Origin: Mizuhopecten yessoensis
Lineage: Eukaryota
Direction: 5' to 3'
DNA length: 64,000 nucleotides
Assembly (NCBI RefSeq): GCF_002113885.1
Contig: NW_018408858.1
Span: forward strand, 457,796-521,795
Shown: one piece after another, positions 51,130-64,000 of the stretch
How the letters are laid out: every line of letters starts with the position of its first letter
How positions within the stretch are numbered: the stretch's first letter is position 1
Position numbers and translations under genes: made by a program
The notes under the pieces: model-generated
Told to the model about the DNA's origin: nothing
The model's input: only the letters and a program-made list of their open reading frames with translations
Database searches by the model: none

Positions 51130-51634
51130 CTGAATATCAAAACAACAAAATTAGGGTGTACATGTAAGCATACATGATAAAACCTGACAAGACAAGCCAA
51201 GATACCTGACCAACAATTTCAGATTATTATTATCATGTCATGTCATCGGAATACTTAATACAGATAGTAGAAAGGTTATAATCACAACCAGGAAGTGTTT
51301 CTATGTGACGTTTCTATATTACGATACGTATCTTGTCACTTTCATCAGACAAATGAACAGTGATATGTACGTGTTGGCAATATATAATCCAAGGCTATAA
51401 TCGTATCTACACTTAGTTGTTATACAAGTACGAAATGGAGAATAATACCGACAATTCGATTAGGCTACGCTTTGTTTAATACCTAGTCAAAGATGTACGA
51501 TATTCTATGGGCCCCCTCATCTCAGTTAAGAGCTGGTCCACTGTTGCGTATCCAGATGGATTCTTTTATTTGCCGCTTGAACAGAATGCTCGCTCTGTCC
51601 GATACCTTTGAGTTATCACAGTTAATACAATTAA

Positions 51635-51780
51635 ATCATAGTCTGTGGCTGAGGTCGATCCCTAGATTTATCAACCCAAGAAAAGATTATTAACCGATCA
51701 CGCAGTCCGAGGTTAATATATCTTTTCTCGGATCGATAAATCCAAGTATCAACCGAAGTTAAAGGCTAAAATTGTTTTAT
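51635..51780. mobile_element. Degenerate palindromic MITE-like element
   Basis: GATTTATCAACCCAAGAAAAGATTATTAACC pairs with GGTTAATATATCTTTTCTCGGATCGATAAATC around a short central loop. Confidence 0.6.
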
Positions 51781-53480
51781 TATTTTTAAAACAGTAATAT
51801 AAGTAATCTGAAGAAGCAGAACGTTGCGTTCGTTTGGATACACGTCATAATTCTATTTTTAGAACCGCCCGGTCCTTCAAGAAGGACATTGATACTCTTA
51901 TGTACCTTCCATGCCTAAATCTCCTGGTCCCAGCAATCTTCACTATTACAATTATGTTTGCTTGAACAAAAACGATGGAGTCAAACGGACGTCGTATCTA
52001 ATTTCACTTCCTCTTTCGAGCCACAGAACTATCTCTCTCTCTCTCAGAGCAGTATGTAAATAAGCATGCCTGAACTAGGATCTTCACGAAGAAACAACAT
52101 ACCTACAGAGTGAAAGAAATTGGAAAAATGCAAAGTATAAGATAATCACTATTTTTCACTCAAATATCGAATTTGAAACAATAGAAGGAAAGAATTTAAT
52201 ATGTCTTGTATCTGTGTTTAAATATTTTGCCTTTACATGTGAACTACATTTTTTGACCTTTCTAACCAGCTGTGCCATTTTTTTTTTCTTTATTTAACTA
52301 CTCCCTTTGTTGGACTCATCAGACAGTAACCCTATTTAATCATCATGACAATGACTTACTATCGGCCTATCCGGCCTGAAGTGGTGGTTGAGGAAACTTA
52401 CCTTGTTAACGTGAGCGGGAGAAATAAAGAAAAACATCAAGTATGTTATAAACAACGTTGCTCTCGTGCATTGTTCTAAAGAAGCTGCAAATAAGGGAAA
52501 TACGACCGGAGACTCGGGCACAAGAGGGCGAGGTAAAGCCTGTTTACTCGTCAGGCGATCTGTAGATTCCAATCAGACGAGCTATTATATAGATTGGATA
52601 TAGTAGTAATAGTTACAAATATTTAAAGCTGTTTTGTTTCTTATATTTATTTTAAAAGGTGAAGTGTATTTCATTTGACCAGATCTACAAATATGATATC
52701 ATTGATCTCTGCATCATTATATTCTATTGCTAGACTTATTTGTTTACTTTAGACATTGTTCCTCCACAGGAACAGCTAAATGCGGTATTTATCTAGCTGA
52801 TTGGTTTAAAAGACAGAAATGCAACAGCAATGTATCTACTGTGTTTACCTCTCTGATGATGTGTATTGATGTTGTTCATGCGCACTACAAATAAATGACG
52901 TTACAAGCAGCCGTACTTGAACGAGTACTTTGTTGACTGAATCAAGGCAAAAAAATCCATTTAAACCTCCTCGCAAAATAGGTCATAACTACCTGATTTT
53001 GCCTACACAGCTTATAGATGATATCAACATCATGAATATCCCATACCACCTAGCTTCAGATACAGCAGCACCCCAATCATATTTTACAGGAACAACACTG
53101 CTTCTCAGCTTTTTAAAACTACATCAAACGCTTCAACAGTTGAATTGAGATTACCTTAGAATGATTGTTACTTCAGTGTGTTCTGTCCAGCTGGACACGT
53201 GGTAACTAACAAACTAAATACAGCACATAATGCGATGGCACGAGAGCTTTTCATAAGGGTTCCTTAGTGTCGAAAGTGTCAACTACTTAAACATTTTCCC
53301 AATTTTTCGAAAGACTTATTTCTAGCTAATCACAGTGCTGTATTACGATCTTACTGAATACCCGTTTACGATAAAACACGGGCCTGCCTCGTTTGTATTG
53401 GATTTTAGAACGTATAGCTGGTTCTGCTAGCTGTTTAACCAACCCATTATCCAAACTTCTCACTATAATTCTAATAACCG

Positions 53481-53562
53481 TTAAATCTAGGTTAAAGTCG
53501 TAGTCACATACAGTATACACATTAAATCTAGGTTAAAGTCGTAGTCGCATACAGTATACACA
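53481..53562. repeat. 41-bp direct tandem duplication
   Basis: TTAAATCTAGGTTAAAGTCGTAGTC(A/G)CATACAGTATACACA occurs twice. Confidence 0.85.
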
Positions 53563-54194
53563 TGAAGCAATGTTAATGAAATGCTGAATTTGACTTTTGC
53601 AGGAAAGGCGAACGGTGGCATGAACAAATGGTTGTTAACTCTTTTTGAGCGTATTCTGTGAAATATATTCCATGGAACATACTTAAATCGTGAGAATAAT
53701 TGAGTTCCTGATTTACAACATCTCCAGCAGTCCGTAGTTATACTAGAGGAACAAATTGAGATAAGCGTGACGATTTCGACATTCCTATCGAGAATTTCCC
53801 TCTTTTGCTTCCACAATCTACGACGGTCGCCTTCATGGTCTCGTTGTGACTTATATTTATATTTATACTTATAGTATGCTGTATTTTTTTTGCTTGAATT
53901 CTTTTTCTATGTTTACTAATTAGTTTAGTTTAATTGTTTTGTCGTTGTCGCTATCCCTGTTCTCGCTATAAGAACGTGACATTATTTGAATTTGACCACA
54001 ATTTACATGGCGGGTGAAGCAGAAAGCATTGTTTCGGAACAAGTGGTCTTCATGTACCTGTACTTTTTTTCCAATGGTCTCCACGTAAATCTTTTCTTTG
54101 TCTAAGTTTTTGAGCCGAAATACGAAAGTATTGACAATTCGGTATTCTCTTATTTTAAAAGTAATAATAGTGCATTGTTTCATTTTCTCGCACG

Positions 54195-57100
54195 GACAGT
54201 GATAATAGCGCATAGTTTAACTGTCTCGTATGTAGAGTGGTAATAGCGCCTAGTTTAACTGTCTCGTATGTACAGTGATAGTGATAATAGCGCCTAGTTT
54301 AACTGTCTCGTATGTACAGTTATAATAGCGCCTAGTTTGACTGTCTCGTATGGACAGTGATAATAGCGCCTAGTTTAAATGTCTCGTATGTAGAGTGGTA
54401 ATAGCTCCTAGTTTAACTGTCTCGTATGTCCAGTGATAATAGCGCCTAGTTTGACTGTCTCGTGTGTACAGTGATAATAGCGCCTAGTTTGACTGTCTCG
54501 GATGTACAGTGATAATAGCGCCTAGTTTAAATGTCTCGTATGTAGAGTGATAATAACGCCTAGTTTAACTGTCTCATATGTACAGTGATAATAGCGCCTA
54601 GTTTGACTGTCTCGTGTGTACAGTGATAATAGCGCCTAGTTTGACTGTCTCGTGTGTACAGTGATAATAGCGCCTAGTTTGACTGCCTCGCATGTACAGT
54701 GATAATAGCGCCTAGTTTAACTCTCTCGTATGTACAGTGATAGTAGCGCCTAGTTTAACTGTCTCGTATGTACAATGATAATAGCGCCTAGTTTAAATGT
54801 CTCGTATGTAGAGTGGTAATAGCTCCTAGTTTAACTGTCTCGTATGTACAGTGATAATAGCGCCTAATTTGACTGTCTCGAATGTACAGTGATAATAGCG
54901 CCTAGTTTAACTCTCTCGTATGTACAGTGATAACAGCGCCTAGTTTAACTGTCTCGTATGTACAGTTGTAATAGCGCCTAGTTTAAATGTCTCGTATGTA
55001 GAGTGATAATAACGCCTAGTTTAACTGTCTCATATGTACAGTGATAACACCGCCTAGTTTAACTGTCTCGTTTGTACAGTGATAATAGCGCCTAGTTTGA
55101 CTGCCTCGTATGTACAGTGATAATAGAGCCTAGTTTGACTGTCTCGTATGTACAGTGATGATAACGCCTAGTTTAACTGTCTCGTATGTACAGGGATAAT
55201 AGCGCCTAGTTTGACTGTCTCGTATGTCCAGTGATAATAGCGCCTAGTTTGACTGTCTCGTGTGTACAGTGATAATAGCGCCTAGTTTGACTGTCTCGTG
55301 TGTACAGTGATAATAGCGCCTAGTTTGACTGCCTCGCATGTACAGTGATAATAGCGCCTAGTTTAACTCTCTCGTATGTACAGTGATAATAGCGCCTAGG
55401 TTAACTGTCTCGTATGTACAGTGATAATAGCGCCCAGTTTAAATGTCTCGTATGTACAGTGATAATAGCGACTAGTTTGACTGTCTCGCATGTACAGTGA
55501 TAATAGCGCCTAGTTTAACTCTCTCGTATGTACAGTGATAATAGCGCCTAGGTTAACTGTCTCGTATGTACAGTGATAATAGCGCCCAGTTTAAATGTCT
55601 CGTATGTACAGTGATAATAGCTCCTAGTTTAACTGTCTCGTATGTACAGTGATGATAACGCCTAGTTTAACTGTCTCGTATGTACAGTGATGATAACGCC
55701 TAGTTTAACTGTCTCGTATGTACAGTGATAGTGATAATAGCGCCTAGTTTAACTGTCTCGTATGTACAATGATAATAGCGCCTAGTTTAAATGTCTCGTA
55801 TGTAGAGTGGTAATAGCTCCTAGTTTAACTGTCTCGTATGTACAGTGATAGTGATAATAGCGCCTAGTTTAACTGTCTCGTACATTGTATGTACAGTGAT
55901 AATAGCGCCTAGTTAAGTATGTACAGTGATAATAGCGCCTAGTTTAACTCTCTCGTATGTACAGTGATAACAGCGCCTAGTTTAACTGTCTCGTATGTAC
56001 AGTTATAATAGCGCCTAGTTTGACTGTCTCGTATGGACAGTGATAATAGCGCCTAGTTTAAATGTCTCGTAGGTACAGTGATAATAGCGACTAGTTTGAC
56101 TGTCTCGCATGTACAGTGATAATAGCGACTAGTTTGACTGTCTCGCATGTACAGTGATAATAGCGCCTAGTTTAACTCTCTCGTATGTACAGTGATAGTA
56201 GCGCCTAGTTTAACTGTCTCGTATGTACAGTTATAATAGCGCCTAGTTTGACTGTCTCGTATGTCCAGTGATAATAGCGCCTAGTTTGACTGTCTCGTGT
56301 GTACAGTGATAATAGCGCCTAGTTTGACTGTCTCGGATGTACAGTGATAATAGCGCCTAGTTTAACTCTCTCGTATGTACAGTGATAACAGCGCCTAGTT
56401 TAACTGTCTCGTATGTACAGTTATAATAGCGCCTAGTTTGACTGTCTCGTATGTCCAGTGATAATAGCGCCTAGTTTGACTGTCTCGCATGTACAGTGAT
56501 AATAGCGCCTAGTTTGACTGTCTCGTGTGTACAGTGATAATAGCGCCTAGTTTGACTGTATCGTATGTACAGTGATAATAGCGCCTAGTTTAACTCTCTC
56601 GTATGTACAGTGATAGTAGCGCCTAGTTTAACTGTCTCGTATGTACAATGATAATAGCGCCTAGTTTAAATGTCTCGTATGTAGAGTGATAATAGCGACT
56701 AGTTTGACTGTCTCGCATGTACAGTGATAATAGCGACTAGTTTGACTGTCTCGTATGTACAGTGATAACACCGCCTAGTTTAACTGTCTCGTTTGTACAG
56801 TGATAATAGCGCCTAGTTTGGCTGTCTCGTATGTAGAGTGGTAATAGCGCCTAGTTTAAATGTCTCGTATGTACAGTGATGATAACGCCTAGATTGAATG
56901 TCTCGTATGTACAGTGATGATAACGCCTAGTTTAACTGTCTCGTATGTACAGTGATAGTGATAATAGCGCCTAGTTTAACTGTCTCGTATGTACAATGAT
57001 AATAGCGCCTAGTTTAAATGTCTCGTATGTACAGTGATGATAACGCCTAGTTTGAATGTCTCGTATGTACAGTGATGATAACGCCTAGTTTAACTGTCTC

Positions 57101-59270
57101 GTATGTACAGTGATAAGAGCTCCTAGTTTATCGTTTACATGCATTGTATGTACAGTGATAATAGCGCCTAGTTTAACTGTCTTGTATGTACAGTGATAAT
57201 AGCGCCTAGTTTAAATGTCGCGTATGTACAGTGATGATAACGCCTAGTTTGAATGTCTCGTATGTACATTGATGATAACGCCTAGTTTAACTGTCTCGTT
57301 TATACAGTGATAATAGCGCCTAGTTTAACTGTATCGTATGTACAGTGATAATAGCGCCTAGTTTAACTGTATCGTATCTCGTATGTACAGTGATAATAGC
57401 GCCTAATTTAAATGTCTCGTATGTACAGTGATAATAACGCCTAGTTTAACTGTCTCATATGTACAGTGATAACACCGCCTAGTTTAACTGTCTCATACAT
57501 TGTGTGTACAGTGATAATAGCGCCTAGTTTAAATTCTCGTATGTACAGTGATAATAGCGCCTAGGTTAACTGTCTCGTATGTACAGTGATAATAGCTCCT
57601 GGTTTAACTGTCTCGTATGTACAGTGATAAGAGCTCCTAGTTTATCGTTTACATGCATTGTATGTACAGTGATAATAGCGCCTAGTTAAATGTCTCGTAT
57701 GTACAGTGATAACACCGCCTAGTTTAACTGTCTCATACATTGTATGTGCAGTGATAATAGCGCCTAGTTTAAATTCTCGTATGTACAGTGATAATAGCGC
57801 CTAGTTTGACTGTCTCGGATGTACAGTGATAATAGCTCCTAGTTTAACTATCTCGTTTATACAGTGATAATAGCGCCTAGTTTAACTGTATCGTATGTAC
57901 AGTGATAATAGCTTCTAGTTTAACTGTCTCGTATGTACAGTGATTTTAGCGCTTAGTTTAAATGTCTCGTATGTACAGTGATGATAGCGCCTAGTTTAAC
58001 TGTCTCGTATGTACAGTTGTAATAGCGCCTAGTTTAAATGTCTCGTATGGCCTAGTTTAACTGTATCGTATGTACAGTGATAATAGCTTCTAGTTTAACT
58101 GTCTCGTATGTACAGTGATAGTGATAATAGCGCCTAGTTTAACTGTCTCATATGTACAGTGATAACACCGCCTAGTTTAACTGTCTCGTTTGTACAGTGA
58201 TAATAGCGCCTAGTTTAAATGTCGCGTATGTACAGTGATGATAACGCCTAGTTTGAATGTCTCGTATGTACATTGATGATAACGCCTAGTTTAACTGTCT
58301 CGTTTATACAGTGATAATAGCGCCTAGTTTAACTGTATCGTATCTCGTATGTACAGTGATAATAGCGCCTAATTTAAATGTCTCGTATGTACAGTGATAA
58401 TAGCGCCCAGTTTAAATGTCTCGTATGTACAGTGATAATAGCGACTAGTTTGACTGTCTCGTATGTACAGTGATAATAGCTCCTAGTTTAACTATCTCGT
58501 TTATACAGTGATAATAGCGCCTAGTTTAACTGTCTTGTATGTACAGTGATAATAGCGCCTAGTTTAACTGTATCGTATCTCGTATGTACAGTGATAATAG
58601 CGCCTAATTTAACTGTCTCGTATGTACAGTGATAATAGCGCCCAGTTTAAATGTCTCGTATGTACAGTGATAATAGCTCCTAGTTTAACTGTCTCGTTTA
58701 TACAGTGATAATAGCGCCTAGTTTAACTGTATCGTATGTACAGTGATAATAGCTCCTAGTTTAACTGTCTCGTATGTACAGTGATGATAACGCCTAGTTT
58801 AACTGTCTCGTTTATACAGTGATAATAGCGCCTAGTTTAACTGTCTCGTATGTACAGTGATAATAGCGCCTAGTTTTACTGTCTCGCATGTACAGTGATA
58901 ATAGCGCCTAGTTTAAATGTCTCGTATGTACAGTGATAATAGCGCATAGTTTGACTGTCTCGTATGTACAGTGATGATAGCTCCTAGTTTAACTGTCTCG
59001 TTTATACAGTGATAATAGCGCCTAGTTTAACTGTCTCGTACATTGTATGTACAGTGATAATAGCGCCTAGGTTAACTCTCTCGTATGTACAGTGATAATA
59101 GCGCCTACTTTAACTGTGTCTTATGTACAGTGATAATAACGCCTAGTTTAAATGTCTCGTATGTACAGCGATAATAGCGCCTAGTTTAAATGTCTCGTAT
59201 GTACAGTGATAATAGCGCCTACTTTAACTGTCTCGTATGTACAGTGATAATAACGCCTAGTTTGACTGTC
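54195..59270. repeat. 38-bp satellite array, about 130 copies (TACAGTGATAATAGCGCCTAGTTTAACTGTCTCGTATG)
   Basis: Continuous 38-bp periodicity with recurrent variants. Confidence 0.97.
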
Positions 59271-60120
59271 TGTAAAAGTAAAGAACGAGGTTAGCGGCTG
59301 ATGTAGAGAAGTATATACCAACCTTGATTTCATGCTGGCGATCGACGTAGTCAACAAATTTCTTGTTATTGAAAAGCAAAACATCGTTGGTATATATCTG
59401 AATGTGAAATTGACGGATTTGACATGGTACATGCTACCTGTCCCGATAGCCGAGTCGGCACACGGTAAAGGGGTACTGTTTGGCCCCTTTTGTACGCCAA
59501 CAGTCTGCTGGAAAATCTAGCCGCCGAAATCACCAAATGTACAGGAATTAATATATTCCCACGATTTCGTCCTCATGTATTTCGTCTTGCCCTTTGTCGC
59601 ATTGTTCACAAAATATATCCATAAACTAGTTAGAAATCATTGATTACATCATCGTTCGTTTCTCCGCAAGTCCCCATTATAGTATAACAGAACGAATGCG
59701 TGCGTTCAGTTTGATATGAAATATGGAATCAAACAAAGTGGAAATGAAATAGTTCTGAAAAAGAACGATTTTTGGACGGAAAGGATGTTCAAGATTCACA
59801 AAGTTTTCATATGAGTCCTTCAAAATCCACACTTTTTTAAATATACTTCTGTGGTAAACATTTTCTTGATACAACTGTTACCCTGATTTGATTGTACTTA
59901 CTCTCATAGTAAATGTTAGATTATCCAAAAGATTACTAAAACAAGTTTTGAGAATGACTTGGCAGAGAAAATTGCAGAAACAGTTAAAGAATAATGTTAA
60001 TAAGGAAGTTTATGCAATTTGGAATCCAAGGTAAACGAAGCTAGTTCGTATCGCGATCATCAATCGGATAGATTTTAATGCGGAGCATGATGAGTTAGTA
60101 TTTCGTCTATCGAAAAAGAA
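59270..60120 (-). mobile_element. Degenerate Penelope-like RT remnant abutting the 38-bp satellite
   Basis: Minus-strand segments WIPNC/KLHKLPY (about 60000-60030, frameshifted), VWILKDS...ISTLFDSIFH (59700-59850) and VNFTFRYI/NDVLLFNNKKFVDYVDR...SAANLVL (59280-59420) occur in the order expected for a Penelope RT. Confidence 0.7.
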
Positions 60121-60360
60121 AATAAGAAAAATGTGTAAAAAGGACACTATCGAGAAGAAAACTCACTATTTACATTGTGACTTAGCAAAGAAGCTTTATA
60201 CTGTATCCACTCCTACCTCTCCAACATGTCTCAAACTGCTACTCTCGTCCCTCCTCGATACTCTCGTGGAGGGAAGAGATGTTTAATTTCTTTTAAGGTA
60301 TCTAGGACGCCAAAAACATATTGAGACTTTTTAACAAGACATTTTAGAACACTTAGACAG

Positions 60361-60458
60361 ATATAGAGGTTTTACATGAGTGACCATGTCATATTGAATT
60401 TATTGAACGAGTTTAATACATTCAATATGACATGGACACGAATGTAAGATTCTATTTA
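60361..60458. mobile_element. Short palindromic MITE-like element
   Basis: ATAGAGGTTTTACATGAGTGACCATGTCATATTGAAT pairs with ATTCAATATGACATGGACACGAATGTAAGATTCTAT. Confidence 0.7.
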
Positions 60459-61347
60459 TCACATAACATTCATAATTTGAAGAAAACTGCAAACGCAATT
60501 AGAATTCTGTGTTATCAGCTGACTCTATATAGGAACAAACCAAAGTACTCCCATCATAGTATTGTTGTTCCTCACTGTGCAAAGGAGTTACAGATGTTGA
60601 TTTTAATAATGAACAATTTAAAAAGAAATACAAATAATAATGACATTAAAACCATTTCCAATTCATTTAAAATATCAGTAAACATATCATTTGTGGCGTA
60701 GGAATTTTCTCCCATGTGAACAAAAATATCTGGAGCAGAGATAGATTGATCTACTGAGCTTTTATTTCATAATTTATACTCACGTTTACACAATCAAACT
60801 TACCGTTCATTGCCTTATTGTGGTCACCTGGACGACGAAAATGTAGATCAAACATGTAAAAATGTTGATGTAGTGTTTTCTCATTATGGCACCATTAACT
60901 ATTGTATCACAAACGTGTTCTGACCATCTGGCTTCAACCTTTCCACCACTGTAAATCATATTGGACTCATCCAGATCAATGCATGCTAGAGTCTACTAAA
61001 GTTACATAGGGGTGAAAGGGTTAACAGATAACGTTGATTGCCTTATACCTCTTCGTTTACTCAGAACTCATTCCTAGTTGGTGCTTTTAACAGTATTGAC
61101 ATATAACAAAAGTAAGCTCAAGGATTGATGTTGTTTAATGCTTGTAACAATGGCTGCAATTTAGTTGTCATAAGTATTTTGCTCACAGCATTCACTTAGT
61201 TACAATAACGCTTCCTATTCATTCATCAAGCATTGTTAAAACAGGCCGGAAACAGTGTGTAGTTTTGCAAAAAAAAGTCCACTTGTGATTTTGGTCCCCC
61301 ACTTTACCCCCTCATATCTCGGAATAATGTTTGTTAATTCTAACCAT

Positions 61348-61435
61348 AAACATTTCTATCCATTAACATTTCTATCCATTAACATTTCTATCGATAAACA
61401 TTTCTATCCATAAACATTTCTACCCGTAAACATTT
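61348..61435. repeat. 16-17 bp minisatellite (AACATTTCTATCCATT), about 5 copies
   Basis: Direct inspection. Confidence 0.8.
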
Positions 61436-62333
61436 GCAAATATAAAGGAACCTTTGTAAAAAAACGTTTTAGGGATAACGCGGTGTACAAATGTATCTAT
61501 TGGTACATTACAAAATTATATTGCCTTTATGGAAAAGTATTTCTGATATGACAAAATAACTCAGCAGTGAATATATTTGATATTAAATTAAACAGATATC
61601 GTAAATCGCATTCCTCAAACTACTACTACACGTGTATCGAGTTAGACTTCATTTAAACATTTCAGGTAAGCGGATGTCAAGTTTACGATGACGTAAACAT
61701 GGATTCTAGGATATGTCCATTGTATACCATTGGTCTCGAAGGCGACATGTTATACAGTCGTACTAGACATCCTGGGTATACTACTGGAAACATGGTTAAT
61801 CGAGGGGAAACCTCCAATCGTGTTTTCCCGCACGAAGGACAGTAGAAACATGATGATATCATAAAGGCTGACTTGACATCGTAAGTAATCTCTTTGAAAC
61901 AAAGAATCATGTTTCCCTTAAAATAAGGTTAATAAATGTATAATATTAAATAGATTATCCCAAGCAGATCATACATTAAATATTATTTGGCATAACATTT
62001 AAAAATAGTGTACAATGTAGATCATTATAATCGGATAGCTGGGTAAGCTTATACTATCTCCTAAACATAATTAGTAGCATGCTATACATAAACATAACAG
62101 GTTCGTCATGTACATGTATAACCATGTGTAGTATAATCTTACAACGTACAATGTGAGCACTAGATCAAGACTCATCCAAACACACCGATGTACCTCACAA
62201 CACATGTACCTCACAACACATGTACCTCACAACACATGTAAATAATTTGAACATGAAAGTAAGAAGGAACACAACAATGGATATTGTAAGTGGTACACTG
62301 GGAAGTCTGCACCAAGACATAGTTATATTGACA

Positions 62334-63492
62334 TCAGTTATCACAACTAGCCGAAACACTTTTTTCAAGAAGTAGAACGTGAGCCGCTGCAATTATCAGA
62401 AATGATATCGCTCCGAGGGTATAGTGACACAGTGACCATCTGTTTAATCTAGGAGCTCTTTTCTTTATCCCGACGAAGCCAGTATTTTCTGTTTTACGAA
62501 CAGCTTCCCCTTCGTCGTTTCCGGCGGTGATATTATATGTTGGTAAATGGTTAGACATGATTATAGAGTCAATCGTCACCAAACTACAGCTGGCCATTAT
62601 CATCATGAAGTACAGGCCTGGAAATATAAATTTAATAGTATCGTTACGTTAGGTTACCATACAAGGCGCATAAGTGAAAGAAACCACTGTTGGTATCCAT
62701 GATTTTGACCGTTACAAGCTATGACAGGATTGAAAAAGCCAAAAGAAGTAGGAGGTATGGCACTCCTAGTCCACTAACCATGGTCAGAAATAAAATAAAA
62801 TGTTTTGCTTTTCCGATTGACGAGCCTGAATATCGCTTGTGCCAAAAGAAATAATTGTTGTACTGTGAAATTCGAGAATCACTAGATTGAAAATAAAAAG
62901 TTTACAAATCATTTTTTTTAAGCAAATCGGTCCCTGATTTCTATAACAGAAGAAATTAGAGTTATTCGTACCTATAATTGGCGTAACGTCTGAGTTTTCC
63001 GGTAGATGATCCGCCATCTGAGTTTGAAATACCATAAACGTGAGTAAAATAGTCATCCCACAGCCTATCTTCTCGCCTTCCTCCGCCGGTATGAAATACA
63101 CAGCCACAGTCACAACAGACAGAATTACTGAAGGAACAACTATGATGAACACAAAGTACGTCGGTTTTCGTTTCAGTACAATTTCAAAATAGAAATCGAT
63201 GCCAGCATTCGTATCCGGAACTTCCAAAGACGTCGACACCAAGCTCCATACGTGACTTACGTAGGTTGGAAACGTGTTTCTGAAGTAGTCAGGGACTTTA
63301 AACTGGATGTAACCCTTTGCTTTAATTCCGTAGTTCAATTTTACAGAACATGTCTGACAGTCATAGGGAAAATTTTCTGGATTCATAACACAGGAAACCG
63401 ATATAACTCCGGATGTCGAAACAGATACAGCACCACGTGACGTAATATGATATGCATCGTCAAGGATGTTGTCCAGGAAGTTTGATCCGATT
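62334..63492 (-). CDS. Nicotinic acetylcholine receptor-like, non-alpha Cys-loop ligand-gated ion channel subunit (last two exons; 5' exons not identified or beyond the window)
   Basis: Exon 63492-62972 has the Cys loop CVMNPENFPYDCQTC, LKRKPTYF, M1, M2 GEKIGCGMTILLTFMVF and LPENSDVTPIIG. Exon 62617-62334 has M3, a short loop, M4 and TGA. Splice sites are GT-AG, phases are compatible and there are no internal stops. Loop C has no vicinal CC. Confidence 0.9.
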
Positions 63493-64000
63493 CTGTGAAT
63501 TATAAAATGGTTACACCTGACAAGACGACCCGCGATAGAAGACTAAAACATCTGATTAATATCATATATTTACATTTGCATGGCATTGTCACTATATAGC
63601 CTCTTTGAAAGCTGTGTCGTTGATGGGACTTTAATTACCATGCATCACGAGACACAATTCTTAGCGTATTAAAACAACACTGACCGGAACTACAATAGCC
63701 AATATTAATAAACATGACGGCTGCTGAAATATCGCTGGGCATTGTGAGATTTGACAATGTCATTGTAAATTTACGTGCAAAATAAAAAATAAAATAAAAA
63801 AAAACACTTTTATTACAACGAAAACAAGACCAATGTCTGCAATATCGTACAAAATGCACATCGGTTGAAATCACCAATGCCGGCAATGGAAACAATTTTA
63901 ACACTCATGCAATTTATCAGAAATATCGTCTGTCACACTGCACTGATCAACAGGGTTCGTGACAAATGTCTGAAATACACATATTCTATAGACCTACTGA

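Noticed and set aside
51480-51580. NPSGYATVDQLL-like segment as an upstream exon of the nAChR-like pseudogene
   Set aside because: It lacks the conserved W and WxPD motifs and clear splice sites.

Overview
AT-rich, intron-containing animal DNA. The SINE, HINE-like, Penelope and CR1 repeats, TIMP genes and divergent nAChR-like genes together suggest a bivalve mollusc; that is an inference. Most entries in the ORF track are repeat, N-gap or intron read-through artefacts, so genes were assembled by hand from splice sites. The window holds a cluster of three TIMP/NTR-domain genes: TIMP-A (minus, 4103-13628, 5 coding exons, two-domain type), and the head-to-head pair TIMP-B (minus, 23678-32310) and TIMP-C (plus, 38244-45682). 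It also holds two tandem non-alpha nAChR-like Cys-loop channel paralogues, one pseudogene and one apparently intact but cut off by the window end. Repeats include several satellites, two SINEs, a solo LTR, a CR1 fragment with target-site duplication, Penelope remnants and many palindromic MITE-like elements. Main discovery candidate: in TIMP-B and TIMP-C the usual C-terminal domain is replaced by C-x9/10-CC-x9/12-C modules, each built from a triad of symmetric phase-1 micro-exons (18-42 nt). In TIMP-C the first 18-nt micro-exon has been tandemly amplified together with its AG/GT sites into a 46-bp-period array with 28-nt spacers. This looks like a nascent mutually exclusive micro-exon cassette that could diversify a secreted protease inhibitor. 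All gene models are manual predictions with no transcript evidence.
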